IMG/VR virus record: IMGVR_UViG_3300025133_000020
Length of the DNA: 64,000 nt
Direction: 5' to 3' (one strand)
Origin: a virus
Taxonomy: Duplodnaviria > Caudoviricetes
Shown here piece by piece: positions 45,572 through 55,581 of the stretch; the stretch's first letter is position 1, and every line of letters begins with the position of its first letter. Both the position numbers and the translations under genes were made by a program. The notes below the pieces were generated by a model. It did not search any database and had not been told where the DNA came from. It saw only the letters and a program-made list of their open reading frames with translations.

Positions 45572-48500
45572 ATGCCTATACCTAACATAAACGAATACGG
45601 ATACCAAGGGTGCCTTTTTATTGGTTCAGATTATACAGTTATTGACCGACTACCTGATGGTACGGTTGAGGCTCATGTTGATTTGAATCAAGGGAATGGA
45701 CCAGAAGATTGGTTCCCAACACCTATTGGGACGTTTTGTTGTGGACTATTGAATGCTTCAACCGACCCAAATTCTGAATATTATGGTGGGCTATTATACC
45801 CTCAACTATCTGGACATACCTATACTTGGGATGAAGATAGACAAGAATGTCGTTGGCAGCAATATGTGGACTGTAATGCCCTACCACCATTTAGTGTGGT
45901 ATTGAACCCACAAGATAACTCTGGTGCTCTATTTGAGGTTCAACCAGAGGAAACCTGTGAATTGAATGTTGAGTTCGATTATATGTTTAAATTCGACTGT
46001 CAAGATATTATGGACGTTCAAGCGGATAGCGTATCAGACACACTTACTAACCTATATAATGACCTTGATTTGGCTACTAATGAATGTATCTCTAGACAAG
46101 AAGAATTAGATAACCTTCCATTTGGTTGGAATTATGTTCTTGAATATAATGGGTTTGACCCTAATACTCCATTACCATCTATATATTTTTGTGTTACGGA
46201 AGCTGGACTACCACTATTAGAATCTACGATTAATGACGTTTACGGTGCTGGCTACTGGGATATTTATTTATCGGGGGGTATAAACATCTACGAAATTGAC
46301 CCAGCAGTAGTATGGCTTATGGTAATAGCTAATAGTGAAAATCAAAACCTATTTTTAGAAGAATGTACTGAAGATGGACTTCAATTATTAGATGATTCCA
46401 TAGTTTGGTTAACAACACGTGATGGTCTTATTCAAGACTTGGAGGATTGTGGGAACACGATAACCCTACTAAACGAACAGATAAATCTAATTCTAAACCA
46501 AAATGCTGAGAATTGTATATACGCTATTGACACCTTCGAAGAGTTGGTTGTTAATATGGCTATTGATATCCAAGACCCAACACAGCCTAATGTGGTTAAT
46601 ACGGTATACACTGAAGAAATCTTCAATATCGGTGCTGGTAATTTGGTTAATTACATGGCAACTAACGCACAAAACCCTATGTATATAGACGGTTTTGATT
46701 GGAGAACGTGTGATTTTGACGAATGTGATAGTTTGGCTACCATATTAGTACAACAAATGATTGACCAAGCACTTGAGGGTGGTTTATTGAGTGGAACTAC
46801 ATATTACTCGCAATATAATCAATTGATTGACTTAGTTGGTACCTTTGGTCCTACTTGGTTCCATTATAGTGGTACCATCAGTGACCCAGCTATCATAAGT
46901 GGGATAACTGGTCAAGATATTAATCTTAGTTTACAGATTGCTGATTCATGTGTTAACTTCTCAATACTATTAGACCAAATTGAGTTGAATAAGGTATGTG
47001 AGAGGGTAGTAAACAACGAAATAATAGTTAATACGAACCCATCATTCGATATTCGAAAGGAATGTGATAATAAGAAATCATGGGTAGTTATGGATACCCC
47101 AGAAGAAAGGGATTATACATTATTCATGCGTAATACTGATTACGATGTGAATGATAGTAGATTGGTTCTGAATACCAAAGAGATTGACCTTAATGTGTCA
47201 ATTGATAATGGTATCGAGACTGACGTGTGGTGTTATGTTAATGATAATCCATGTATCTTGGAACCATGCGGTGATGTAACAACTACGGTAATAACAAGTG
47301 GAACATGTGTTGCCCCTATAACTGGTGTTACAAACTGGACTGGTGGTACAACCGCATTACCAAGCGTTAATCTTGGTACTGACCCACAATATGCTGGTAG
47401 TTTACTTAGAATACAACAAGCTGGTGATGGTACAATAGCGTCAAGCGCTTTCACCACAGAATATAGTGGTTGTAGTTTTGTGCATAAAATTGATAGGTCT
47501 TTCACAGTACCTTGGAGATTTACTGGTAGTTGGATTGTAGGTCAAGATGATGGTATGGTATACTGGTACCTGAATCAAACTATTTCAGGTAATACTGACC
47601 TTACTAGATATTATGGTGATACACTAACCCAAACTAATTGTAACGATATTGGTACAGCCATTACAGCTTACAACACATTCAACGGTACTGATTATCAAAC
47701 CATATATTGGGATGGGGTTGGATGTGTATTCGACCAAGTACTTACAGGTGCAACTACTGCAACTACTATTACTGATGATTGTTGTTGTGATATACCACCA
47801 TTAAGTGGAACGAATATTACAGGTGGAACCGTAGCGTTACCACCTACTGGAACGTCAGTACCTTGTTCTATAACAACTGGTGATACTGGTCCTGGTGGTG
47901 GACTAGTATTCTGGCTTGACCCTAATAACCCATGTCAAGGATTGGAAATGAATGTTGCCGATTTAAGTACCAGTACTCGTTGGTCACCAGTTGTGGTGTC
48001 ACCAACTTTCATTTGGGCAGATAATAATGGTTTATTTTCGGGGCAGACCAATACTGACATAATTGTGAATGAGTACCCAGTTCCACCTAACCTTGCTTAT
48101 GCTGCATCATTATGTGATGATTTGGTGAATGGTGGTCAAAATGATTGGTATCTACCTAACGTAACGGAGTGGGATTTAATGTACGATGCTTTAGCAGGGT
48201 TACCACCTACGATATACAGTGGTGGAACGTATTGGACATCATTAGAGGTTTACAAAGATGATTCAGCTAATTATAATGCTGCCACAGGTGTAGAGAGTAC
48301 TGTAAATAAGGGTAACCTTTATGCGGTTAAAGCTATTCGAAGGTTTGAATTATACCCATGTGATGAACCATTAACCGTCTTGACCAACGCCACTAGTTTT
48401 GAACAAGAAGGTGTTGATTGTTCTTCTTGGATTTACAAGTTTAATATTGCTCCACAACCATCACCAGATTTCATTGGTTACTGGGTTGCTGGTATGCCAG

Positions 48501-49294
48501 ATGGTACCGTGGGAGTATTCGAACAGGTAATTATTTCAGGGGTTACAGCCAGTACGTTAGATTATACACCATGGGTGACACAAGAATGTTGTGAGGATTT
48601 CAATACTGCAATACAGAACTATGCTACGGTTGAGAATATGGGTGACCATTTAATCGAATTCAAATGGGATGCTAACTGTGAGCAATGTAAGTTCACTAAG
48701 TGTGAGAAACCACAATGTGTAGATTTCACAGAACTACTGACTTCACCCGTAACTGGTATAACAACCGTTAAAGCTTTTAACGATGTGATTACCAGTGAGT
48801 TAATAAATGCTAGATGTAGGCAAACAAGCTCATCATACCCAACACTTAGAGCGTTGTATGAGAGATATATGAATTCAACTGAGTACTGTGACACACAAAG
48901 TTCGGCATTTGATTACTTTACCATGAGTGATTTTGGTAATTTGGTTGGGACTTATTGGGTAGACCTATTTGAGCAAGTAATACCAAGTACAACTATTTGG
49001 TGTGCTAACCATATCCACGGTAATACAATATATGACCAACAGAAGTTCAAATATAGAGGTCATTCATTATACCCATGTGGTATAGATGCCAATAGTGGTG
49101 CCCCAGTTGAGGCTCCTACGGGTTTCACTTGGACAGCTTCAGGTGCGGCAGATGTGGATATTTATACGATAAGTAATGATGAGGTATGTACAATTAATAC
49201 TACATGTACTTCAGGGGTATACTATATAACGGGTGATTGTGGTTCAGAATTTTTAGGAAGGGTGACCGATACGCCAGCAATAATTAGTCCATAA
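45572..49294 (+). CDS. Large fibre/receptor-binding-like protein with internal DUF1566 (C-type lectin-like) domain
   Basis: 1240 aa; GDTGPGGGLVFWLD...GQTNT...AASLC...DWYLPNVTEW...YWTS...VKAIRRF at about 47870-48350. Confidence 0.72.
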   Translation: MPIPNINEYGYQGCLFIGSDYTVIDRLPDGTVEAHVDLNQGNGPEDWFPTPIGTFCCGLLNASTDPNSEYYGGLLYPQLSGHTYTWDEDRQECRWQQYVDCNALPPFSVVLNPQDNSGALFEVQPEETCELNVEFDYMFKFDCQDIMDVQADSVSDTLTNLYNDLDLATNECISRQEELDNLPFGWNYVLEYNGFDPNTPLPSIYFCVTEAGLPLLESTINDVYGAGYWDIYLSGGINIYEIDPAVVWLMVIANSENQNLFLEECTEDGLQLLDDSIVWLTTRDGLIQDLEDCGNTITLLNEQINLILNQNAENCIYAIDTFEELVVNMAIDIQDPTQPNVVNTVYTEEIFNIGAGNLVNYMATNAQNPMYIDGFDWRTCDFDECDSLATILVQQMIDQALEGGLLSGTTYYSQYNQLIDLVGTFGPTWFHYSGTISDPAIISGITGQDINLSLQIADSCVNFSILLDQIELNKVCERVVNNEIIVNTNPSFDIRKECDNKKSWVVMDTPEERDYTLFMRNTDYDVNDSRLVLNTKEIDLNVSIDNGIETDVWCYVNDNPCILEPCGDVTTTVITSGTCVAPITGVTNWTGGTTALPSVNLGTDPQYAGSLLRIQQAGDGTIASSAFTTEYSGCSFVHKIDRSFTVPWRFTGSWIVGQDDGMVYWYLNQTISGNTDLTRYYGDTLTQTNCNDIGTAITAYNTFNGTDYQTIYWDGVGCVFDQVLTGATTATTITDDCCCDIPPLSGTNITGGTVALPPTGTSVPCSITTGDTGPGGGLVFWLDPNNPCQGLEMNVADLSTSTRWSPVVVSPTFIWADNNGLFSGQTNTDIIVNEYPVPPNLAYAASLCDDLVNGGQNDWYLPNVTEWDLMYDALAGLPPTIYSGGTYWTSLEVYKDDSANYNAATGVESTVNKGNLYAVKAIRRFELYPCDEPLTVLTNATSFEQEGVDCSSWIYKFNIAPQPSPDFIGYWVAGMPDGTVGVFEQVIISGVTASTLDYTPWVTQECCEDFNTAIQNYATVENMGDHLIEFKWDANCEQCKFTKCEKPQCVDFTELLTSPVTGITTVKAFNDVITSELINARCRQTSSSYPTLRALYERYMNSTEYCDTQSSAFDYFTMSDFGNLVGTYWVDLFEQVIPSTTIWCANHIHGNTIYDQQKFKYRGHSLYPCGIDANSGAPVEAPTGFTWTASGAADVDIYTISNDEVCTINTTCTSGVYYITGDCGSEFLGRVTDTPAIISP

Positions 49295-49297
49295 TGA

Positions 49298-49305
49298 TAT
49301 TTATA
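49298..49305 (+). promoter_or_regulatory. TATTTATA motif
   Basis: 4 nt before the ATG at 49310. Confidence 0.65.
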
Positions 49306-49309
49306 GAAT

Positions 49310-49552
49310 ATGCCTAAACTAATACGAAATATAACAGGTTCTATCTACTTACCAGAGAGTGGTTCGGTTCATTTTACCAAATTCATTGAGGGTCAACTTG
49401 GACAAGGGGATTACTTTAAAGTTTTTGGGTTGGAAATGTTCCAACAAGACTTCAGTAGAGTGGAAGACTCTGAATCGTTGAATAAACCAATTAACTTCGG
49501 ATTGAAAAATCAATTCCGAAAAACTGTTGTGAACTTAAGTATAGATAAATAA
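49310..49552 (+). CDS. Small hypothetical protein
   Basis: 80 aa with own motif; stop overlaps the next start. Confidence 0.65.
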   Translation: MPKLIRNITGSIYLPESGSVHFTKFIEGQLGQGDYFKVFGLEMFQQDFSRVEDSESLNKPINFGLKNQFRKTVVNLSIDK

Positions 49553-51444
49553 TGAGACACCAAGAGAGAATATATTTGCAGAGCAACGTGGAGTGTCTTA
49601 GGAATAAGACCACAATGAGTGTTAATTGTAGTGGTGATATCGATACGTTTGATTTTCCTACATGGCAACTTAAAGGTAGTGACTATGAGAATACCTGTGT
49701 GGTAGAGGAAGTGTCATTCTCTGGTATCAACTATCAGGATATATTGGATATTGCGGTATCAGCATGTACCAGCGCATCAACTTGTTTGAGTAGTGTGACT
49801 TGGAGCTTGACCGTTAAAGAGGACTCAGAGGTCGTTTACGATGGCTCTACGGGCACAACTAGTATTTTCTGGACTGGATATACAGGAACAGGAGATACGC
49901 CAACAGAACCCTTTATACAGAGCGCCTTATATGATGCTTTCACATCATTAGGGTATGATTTCTATAATACTGGTATGTTATACTACATTAGGAAACCATA
50001 TGGTACGGCTTTATTAGAGGTTGATGCCTGTTTGGATATTGAGTTAAGTGTTGGTGTGGGTCCTTGTACTGGTGGTACCTGTTCGGCTACATGCGTTAAT
50101 ATGGCAAGTCAGGTATACCCTGTTTTAACGGAGAGTAGTGATTCAGTAAAGATTATAAATGATGAGGTGGGTGAGGATAGTATTGACCTTCTTTTTGTAT
50201 TCCACGACCCAACCGTATTTGATGCTCCAAGAAATGGTAAATTCAGGTACGAAATATTCAAATACAATAAGGTATCATCAAGGTTCGGTAAACCAATCGT
50301 ATATACGGGTGGATGGTATGGTAGAGCCGAAGTACCTACCAATAATAAAACGGAGACGATACCAACACTTAATTTGAAATTGGATGGTGACTACATCGTC
50401 AAGGGATATTGGCAAGCAGATGTTACTACTGAATACAGAAGTGAGCTTGGAGATAAGATTAACACCTCATTCAATACGGCAGGCGCAGAAGCGGCAAGAT
50501 ATGACAGAGATTATGACCAGTATTTCATAGCTAATTATTCAGCCAGTACACCAGTATTCTCATTGAATAATGTGGGCTTCCCTACAATAGGTGGGTTAAG
50601 AGTAATCAGCTTTATTGCCAATGGTACAACCGATACATTCCAATTGGAAGGTGACCTTGGTAAAACTACCCCTATAGTAAATCTTAATGGTTCTACTATG
50701 GCTTGGCAATTGGACTACACATTGACGGTAATCAATGTGAGTGGTAGTACGACAACGAGTTTAACATTCCTAGACCCTATAATATCAGGTGACGTTATCA
50801 CATACAGCTACGCTAGTGATGGTATGTCAAATAGGTTCAGAAACGATGTTATAAATGTAGATACCACTATTGTATCTGGAACCACAGGCGCTCAAGGTGA
50901 TAATAACCCATACTACAATACAACAGAGAGTAAGTATGAGATTTACTGCACGTTAATCCCAGTAAACCCAAGAGAGTTATACGTTACCATCAATGGTGTT
51001 ACATTAGCTAATAACATTGACTATTACCAATCGATAACAGACCCTAAGAGGATTATATTAGAAGGTGACATTTATGTTGGTGACATCATAAATATATTCT
51101 ACATGTCCTACGCTGAGGTCAGTGATAATATTTGGTTTAACCCACAAAAGATTATGTGGACAATAACCAGACCACCACAAGAGGTGAATGGTCTATTCAC
51201 TGTGGAAGTTGCTGAGAATAAAGCTTTCAGTGCTATAACACAGACTGCCACAACCGATTACGTGGTTGGGTATATAGATTACGAAGCTAGCATATCGTTC
51301 AGTGGTACTGTTGGTGACTCGTACTACTATAGAATTAAGAATGAGAAAAATTACGAAAGTATGTGTGGGGATGTGATAAGTTCCGAAGCATACAGTGAAG
51401 TGGTACGAATAAATGTTATGGATAATTCCATTAATTCCTATTAA
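49552..51444 (+). CDS. Structural (fibre/baseplate) protein
   Basis: 630 aa; two copies of an xVxLNGxTLAxxxDY beta repeat and a C-terminal FN3-like YYYRIKNEK. Confidence 0.72.
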   Translation: MRHQERIYLQSNVECLRNKTTMSVNCSGDIDTFDFPTWQLKGSDYENTCVVEEVSFSGINYQDILDIAVSACTSASTCLSSVTWSLTVKEDSEVVYDGSTGTTSIFWTGYTGTGDTPTEPFIQSALYDAFTSLGYDFYNTGMLYYIRKPYGTALLEVDACLDIELSVGVGPCTGGTCSATCVNMASQVYPVLTESSDSVKIINDEVGEDSIDLLFVFHDPTVFDAPRNGKFRYEIFKYNKVSSRFGKPIVYTGGWYGRAEVPTNNKTETIPTLNLKLDGDYIVKGYWQADVTTEYRSELGDKINTSFNTAGAEAARYDRDYDQYFIANYSASTPVFSLNNVGFPTIGGLRVISFIANGTTDTFQLEGDLGKTTPIVNLNGSTMAWQLDYTLTVINVSGSTTTSLTFLDPIISGDVITYSYASDGMSNRFRNDVINVDTTIVSGTTGAQGDNNPYYNTTESKYEIYCTLIPVNPRELYVTINGVTLANNIDYYQSITDPKRIILEGDIYVGDIINIFYMSYAEVSDNIWFNPQKIMWTITRPPQEVNGLFTVEVAENKAFSAITQTATTDYVVGYIDYEASISFSGTVGDSYYYRIKNEKNYESMCGDVISSEAYSEVVRINVMDNSINSY

Positions 51445-51462
51445 TAAAGGTTTACTTCACGC

Positions 51463-51470
51463 TATTTATA
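51463..51470 (+). promoter_or_regulatory. TATTTATA motif
   Basis: Exact motif upstream of ORF 51499. Confidence 0.65.
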
Positions 51471-51498
51471 ATTAAACTAACTAACATAAGATAGAGAC

Positions 51499-53622
51499 AT
51501 GAGTTACATAATAAACAATACCAGCCCATACGCCAGCATAAAACTGACTGAAAAAGGTCGAGAGCGATTAGCATTAGGACAATTGAATTTTTCCTATTGG
51601 GCTATTGGTGACTCTGAAATCAATTATGATAGAGAATTGTTATACGATGATGCTGACCCATCAGGTCCATACACTAACGTATCAGGGGCAACTAGGATTT
51701 TAAGACCCAAAGACCAACAACCAAACATTAAGTCGTTCATAACCAAAGATAACGCTACCAATCTGCAAACTATGCAGCCAGCAAATATCGAAGTTATCAA
51801 AGCTGTTGTTAATAACGAAGCAGACGAACGAGGATTCTTTAATTACACTGGTAGTTCATTTACAACTTTAAGTAGTACAACGTATATAGTTGATTCTCAA
51901 ATGGTTAGCAGTGTAGTATTTACAGGTGGAACACAATTGTGTATTTCAGGGTTGACCTATGATGTGGGTGACCGTTTACTAATCAAATATATTAACCCTA
52001 CGGTAACAGGGCAAACAGCTTTTAGTAACGTATTAGCTTTACCTAACCTATGGTATCAGATTGAGACCAGTGGTGTGACTTGTTTTGATGTTGACAGAGA
52101 CTTACCAGATTTCAGTGGTTTCACTGGGATGTGTCAAGTAATTGTTTACCCAAGCGGAGAAGTTTGGGATATTTACGGTAGTTCTTCAGTCCCTTATTGG
52201 GATAATGGAACACTAAGTTTTGACGCATGTTGTAACGTATCGTGTAGTGATGTTCCTATTTGGAATCAGAATAACGTATGGTGTGAAGACCCTGCGGGAT
52301 TTAGTTCTGGTTTAACTTATGAGCATTATTGGGATTTCGGTTCTTACGACTACTTGGGTCAAAAATACCCATATCTGTGGTATACTTGCCAAGAGGATGG
52401 TACAACAGGTGATATAATCTGTGAAACACCAGGACAATCAACAGTTGACTCTATTAGAAAATCAATTGGTATATTACATTACACAAATAATGTGGTATCA
52501 AACGTTTATGGAGAATTCTTCTATATCGACACAGCTAACAATAAGACGGTGATAGTGGACGTACCTGATTTAATGTGGCATAGAAGAGGTTTCTCAACGG
52601 CTTCAGGTACTACTATGGGTATGAGGTTTGTTGCCAGTGGTGCCACACAGTATATACCTAATAGTGAGATAGAATATGTACCGTTGATTGAAGACCCAAC
52701 GGTTATCAGTGTACCAAAAACGGTGGGTAAAGTATTCCCACAACTTAAGACGATTGTATTCGATGATGATGAGATTGTAATGGCTACGTCATATAAGGCA
52801 AATAGAAACTGGACATTACCAGCGTTGTCGGCTACGTTACAGGCACCACAAGCTGGTGGTAGTGGAGTACTGGAAACAGATAAAACAATGTACTTGACCT
52901 ATATCTTGGATACTGAGGTTTCAGGTGGTACAAGTGGTTTGACGACACCGATAAATTGCCAATATTACACTAAGATAAGTAATACGACACCTACGATTAA
53001 GGATGTTGACTTCAAAATTAATGCGGTAGACCTTTTACCATACATGAGGAAGATTGAAAACATCGATTATGATGGGTTAGGTTTCTACGCATACAACTTC
53101 AAGGTGTTATGGCAAATCGTTGACGAGCCAGAGGATAGACCAATAGCGCATCTATGGAACGAGTTCGATTACACTTCAAGTGCTATAACAAGTACGGTAG
53201 GTGAAACGATAGACCCAATAGCATTGGAGAATCAAAACCCAGTGGTAAATGGTTTCTTGGTTGATGGTGACGTGGCTACAGGTAGTACTATATTTGATAT
53301 TATCCCTACTCTTAACTTACCACTTAATGTGGATAACGAGAAGTTACAGTTAGGTGATGAGAGATTCTTCTATGGTAATGTCGGAGCATACATTGGGGCG
53401 ACTATATTTAAGACCTTATTCAAGGTGAATATAGAGGCGAGTGATTTTATTTACACGAGTAATCCAACTAGAACATTAGACCCTAACGAAGCAGCCATCA
53501 GAATAAGTGAGATTGGTATATATGATAGTGATAGTAATCTGGTAGTTATAGCTAAGATGTCAAAACCAATGCTATTGGAAAATAGTAACACAATTAACGC
53601 AGAATTATCAATAGACTTCTAA
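51499..53622 (+). CDS. Tail-collar/fibre-attachment-like protein
   Basis: N-terminal KLTEKGRERLALG...WAIGDSE and C-terminal ISEIGIYDSDSNLVVIAKMSKP flank a large insertion, like tail-collar fibre domains. Confidence 0.65.
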   Translation: MSYIINNTSPYASIKLTEKGRERLALGQLNFSYWAIGDSEINYDRELLYDDADPSGPYTNVSGATRILRPKDQQPNIKSFITKDNATNLQTMQPANIEVIKAVVNNEADERGFFNYTGSSFTTLSSTTYIVDSQMVSSVVFTGGTQLCISGLTYDVGDRLLIKYINPTVTGQTAFSNVLALPNLWYQIETSGVTCFDVDRDLPDFSGFTGMCQVIVYPSGEVWDIYGSSSVPYWDNGTLSFDACCNVSCSDVPIWNQNNVWCEDPAGFSSGLTYEHYWDFGSYDYLGQKYPYLWYTCQEDGTTGDIICETPGQSTVDSIRKSIGILHYTNNVVSNVYGEFFYIDTANNKTVIVDVPDLMWHRRGFSTASGTTMGMRFVASGATQYIPNSEIEYVPLIEDPTVISVPKTVGKVFPQLKTIVFDDDEIVMATSYKANRNWTLPALSATLQAPQAGGSGVLETDKTMYLTYILDTEVSGGTSGLTTPINCQYYTKISNTTPTIKDVDFKINAVDLLPYMRKIENIDYDGLGFYAYNFKVLWQIVDEPEDRPIAHLWNEFDYTSSAITSTVGETIDPIALENQNPVVNGFLVDGDVATGSTIFDIIPTLNLPLNVDNEKLQLGDERFFYGNVGAYIGATIFKTLFKVNIEASDFIYTSNPTRTLDPNEAAIRISEIGIYDSDSNLVVIAKMSKPMLLENSNTINAELSIDF

Positions 53623-53623
53623 G

Positions 53624-54826
53624 ATGGGATTTAAAAGCATAGGAACACAATTAACAGCTAAGTTTACACCTAAAGGTAGGGAGAGACTTATCATAGGTAA
53701 TAACACGCTAATCACTAAATTCTCATTAGGGGATTCAGATGCGAATTATTACGCATCATTAGATTTGGGGTTAGGTGAGATACCTACACTTGGTGGGGAC
53801 TTATCGTCAACATCTGGAGTGAGTACAAATAGTGTTACAACTAACGTTAAAATGAATAACCAATTATACGCCACCGCTAATTCATTATTTAAGAATGTAG
53901 AAGCTGGTTCTAGTAGAATAGTAACCACATTCGATGAGTTAGGTACTACAACACTTGCAGGGAGCGCTATGACGTTTAATACAATAGTTAAGTCGGCAGG
54001 GACAACTGATAGTTTAGTAAACCTATACCAATCATTTAAACTACCTATAACCAATAGTAACGACCTTAAATATACGACTACTAAATATGCTAGTGGTGGT
54101 TGGAGTGATACCGCTTTGAGTGGTTTCGCATCATCATCAATATTAGCGGTTGGTATTCCAGAGACTTATTATGGTGATATGTTGGATGGTAAAGAAATCA
54201 GGTTATCATTATCTGGTACGACTGGTGGTACGTATACCATTTACGGTACATTCCAGAGGAAGCAGGGTAATATTGCGGCAGATGATTTTGCTTACACTGA
54301 GTCATCGTCACAGACATCAGCATTCGCACCAAACTATTCATTCCTATTTTGTGATGCTATTAAGAGACCTAACGGTGACCCAACTAAATCTTGGGCTACT
54401 GGTTTCGGAACGCTTAAACCGTTCAGTGGGAATGCTAAGGCGAGATACAACCTAACAACCAGTAATTCACAAGGTCTATCAGCAGATACTGCGGTAGGTG
54501 TGGCTTATTTGGATAAAGGGTTCTTGGTTATAACAGACCCAACAATCGTTGCTGATGTTAGTACGGCATATTCGGCTACTACTGGTAACTCGGTTACATT
54601 CGATAGTGTAAGTTCGGTAGTTAGTCAAGAGATTACTTGTATCGCACCAAGAGGTTCGTTCGTAAGGTCTAATAACCCTACATTCAATACGGGTGATACA
54701 CCAAGAATTTCAGAGGTTGGTCTATACGACAACAATGGCAATCTGATTGCTTATGGAAAGACTGATGAACACATCACAAAGACGGCTAATGAGCTAAAGG
54801 TCTTTGCAGTAAGTATCAATATCTAA
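53624..54826 (+). CDS. Tail-collar/fibre-attachment-like protein, paralog of the preceding gene
   Basis: KFTPKGRERLIIG...FSLGDSDANY and ISEVGLYDNNGNLIAYGKTDEHITK. Confidence 0.65.
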   Translation: MGFKSIGTQLTAKFTPKGRERLIIGNNTLITKFSLGDSDANYYASLDLGLGEIPTLGGDLSSTSGVSTNSVTTNVKMNNQLYATANSLFKNVEAGSSRIVTTFDELGTTTLAGSAMTFNTIVKSAGTTDSLVNLYQSFKLPITNSNDLKYTTTKYASGGWSDTALSGFASSSILAVGIPETYYGDMLDGKEIRLSLSGTTGGTYTIYGTFQRKQGNIAADDFAYTESSSQTSAFAPNYSFLFCDAIKRPNGDPTKSWATGFGTLKPFSGNAKARYNLTTSNSQGLSADTAVGVAYLDKGFLVITDPTIVADVSTAYSATTGNSVTFDSVSSVVSQEITCIAPRGSFVRSNNPTFNTGDTPRISEVGLYDNNGNLIAYGKTDEHITKTANELKVFAVSINI

Positions 54827-54834
54827 AGCGACAC

Positions 54835-54865
54835 TTTACATTCTAATTTCAATTCATTATACTTG
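54835..54865 (+). promoter_or_regulatory. Host-type promoter variant TTTACA-N17-TATACTTG
   Basis: Same spacing as the other host-type promoters; upstream of the RuvC-like gene. Confidence 0.55.
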
Positions 54866-54883
54866 TATTATTAATTCAATAAT

Positions 54884-55534
54884 ATGAAAAAAGAAGAAAA
54901 TGGGTTTATATTGGGGTTGGATGTTTCAACCAAGACAATCGGAGTAGCCTTATTTGAGGATAAGGGTAAGAGAGGTGATTTGAAAATGCTTACTCACGTA
55001 ACACCTAAAGTCAAACCACTACCTAAAAGTAAGATTGAGCAGCTTTTCAAGAAAGTTGAAATCTTCGAAGAATTCCTAGACGAATATAAGGATATCGGTA
55101 TCACCAAAGTAATCATAGAGGAACCATTATTGCGTTCTAATAACGTTTACACGGTGGCAACACTATTACGTTTTAATGGGATAGTATCAAGGGCGGTATA
55201 TGATATTCTGGGAGTAGTTCCTGATTTTATTTCTTCATACGATGCCAGAGCGTTCGGTTATCCAGAATTCATGGCTAAGAGAACCCATAAGAAGGATGGT
55301 ACACCTCACACTGAAGCTCATATGAAAAAGGCTAACCCAGTATTGTTCGGTGGCTTACCATATGATATCGATAAGAAGTTTGTTGTGTGGGAAAAGGTGA
55401 GTGTCGCTCATCCAGAGATTACATGGTTATACACTAGAGTTAATTCACTTAAAAAAGAAAATTATGATATGACTGATGCATACGTTGCTGTGTTAGGTCA
55501 GATGCATAAAGAGAGTCTCTGGGAACCAGCTTAA
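54884..55534 (+). CDS. ruvC: Holliday junction resolvase, RuvC-like
   Basis: ILGLDVSTKTIGVALF, VIIEEPL and DMTDAY give the RNase H-fold acidic set. Confidence 0.8.
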   Translation: MKKEENGFILGLDVSTKTIGVALFEDKGKRGDLKMLTHVTPKVKPLPKSKIEQLFKKVEIFEEFLDEYKDIGITKVIIEEPLLRSNNVYTVATLLRFNGIVSRAVYDILGVVPDFISSYDARAFGYPEFMAKRTHKKDGTPHTEAHMKKANPVLFGGLPYDIDKKFVVWEKVSVAHPEITWLYTRVNSLKKENYDMTDAYVAVLGQMHKESLWEPA

Positions 55535-55546
55535 TTACATAAAAAC

Positions 55547-55577
55547 TTGAAAGTGTCGGACATTATGCGTATATTCG
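55547..55577 (+). promoter_or_regulatory. Host-type promoter TTGAAA-N17-TATATTCG
   Basis: Ends 4 nt before the primase ATG. Confidence 0.7.
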
Positions 55578-55581
55578 TGTA

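Noticed and set aside
1-54826. Bacterial extracellular contractile injection system rather than phage
   Set aside because: Tail genes are interleaved with phage-type replication, recombination and sigma genes and homing endonucleases, and no bacterial housekeeping genes are present.
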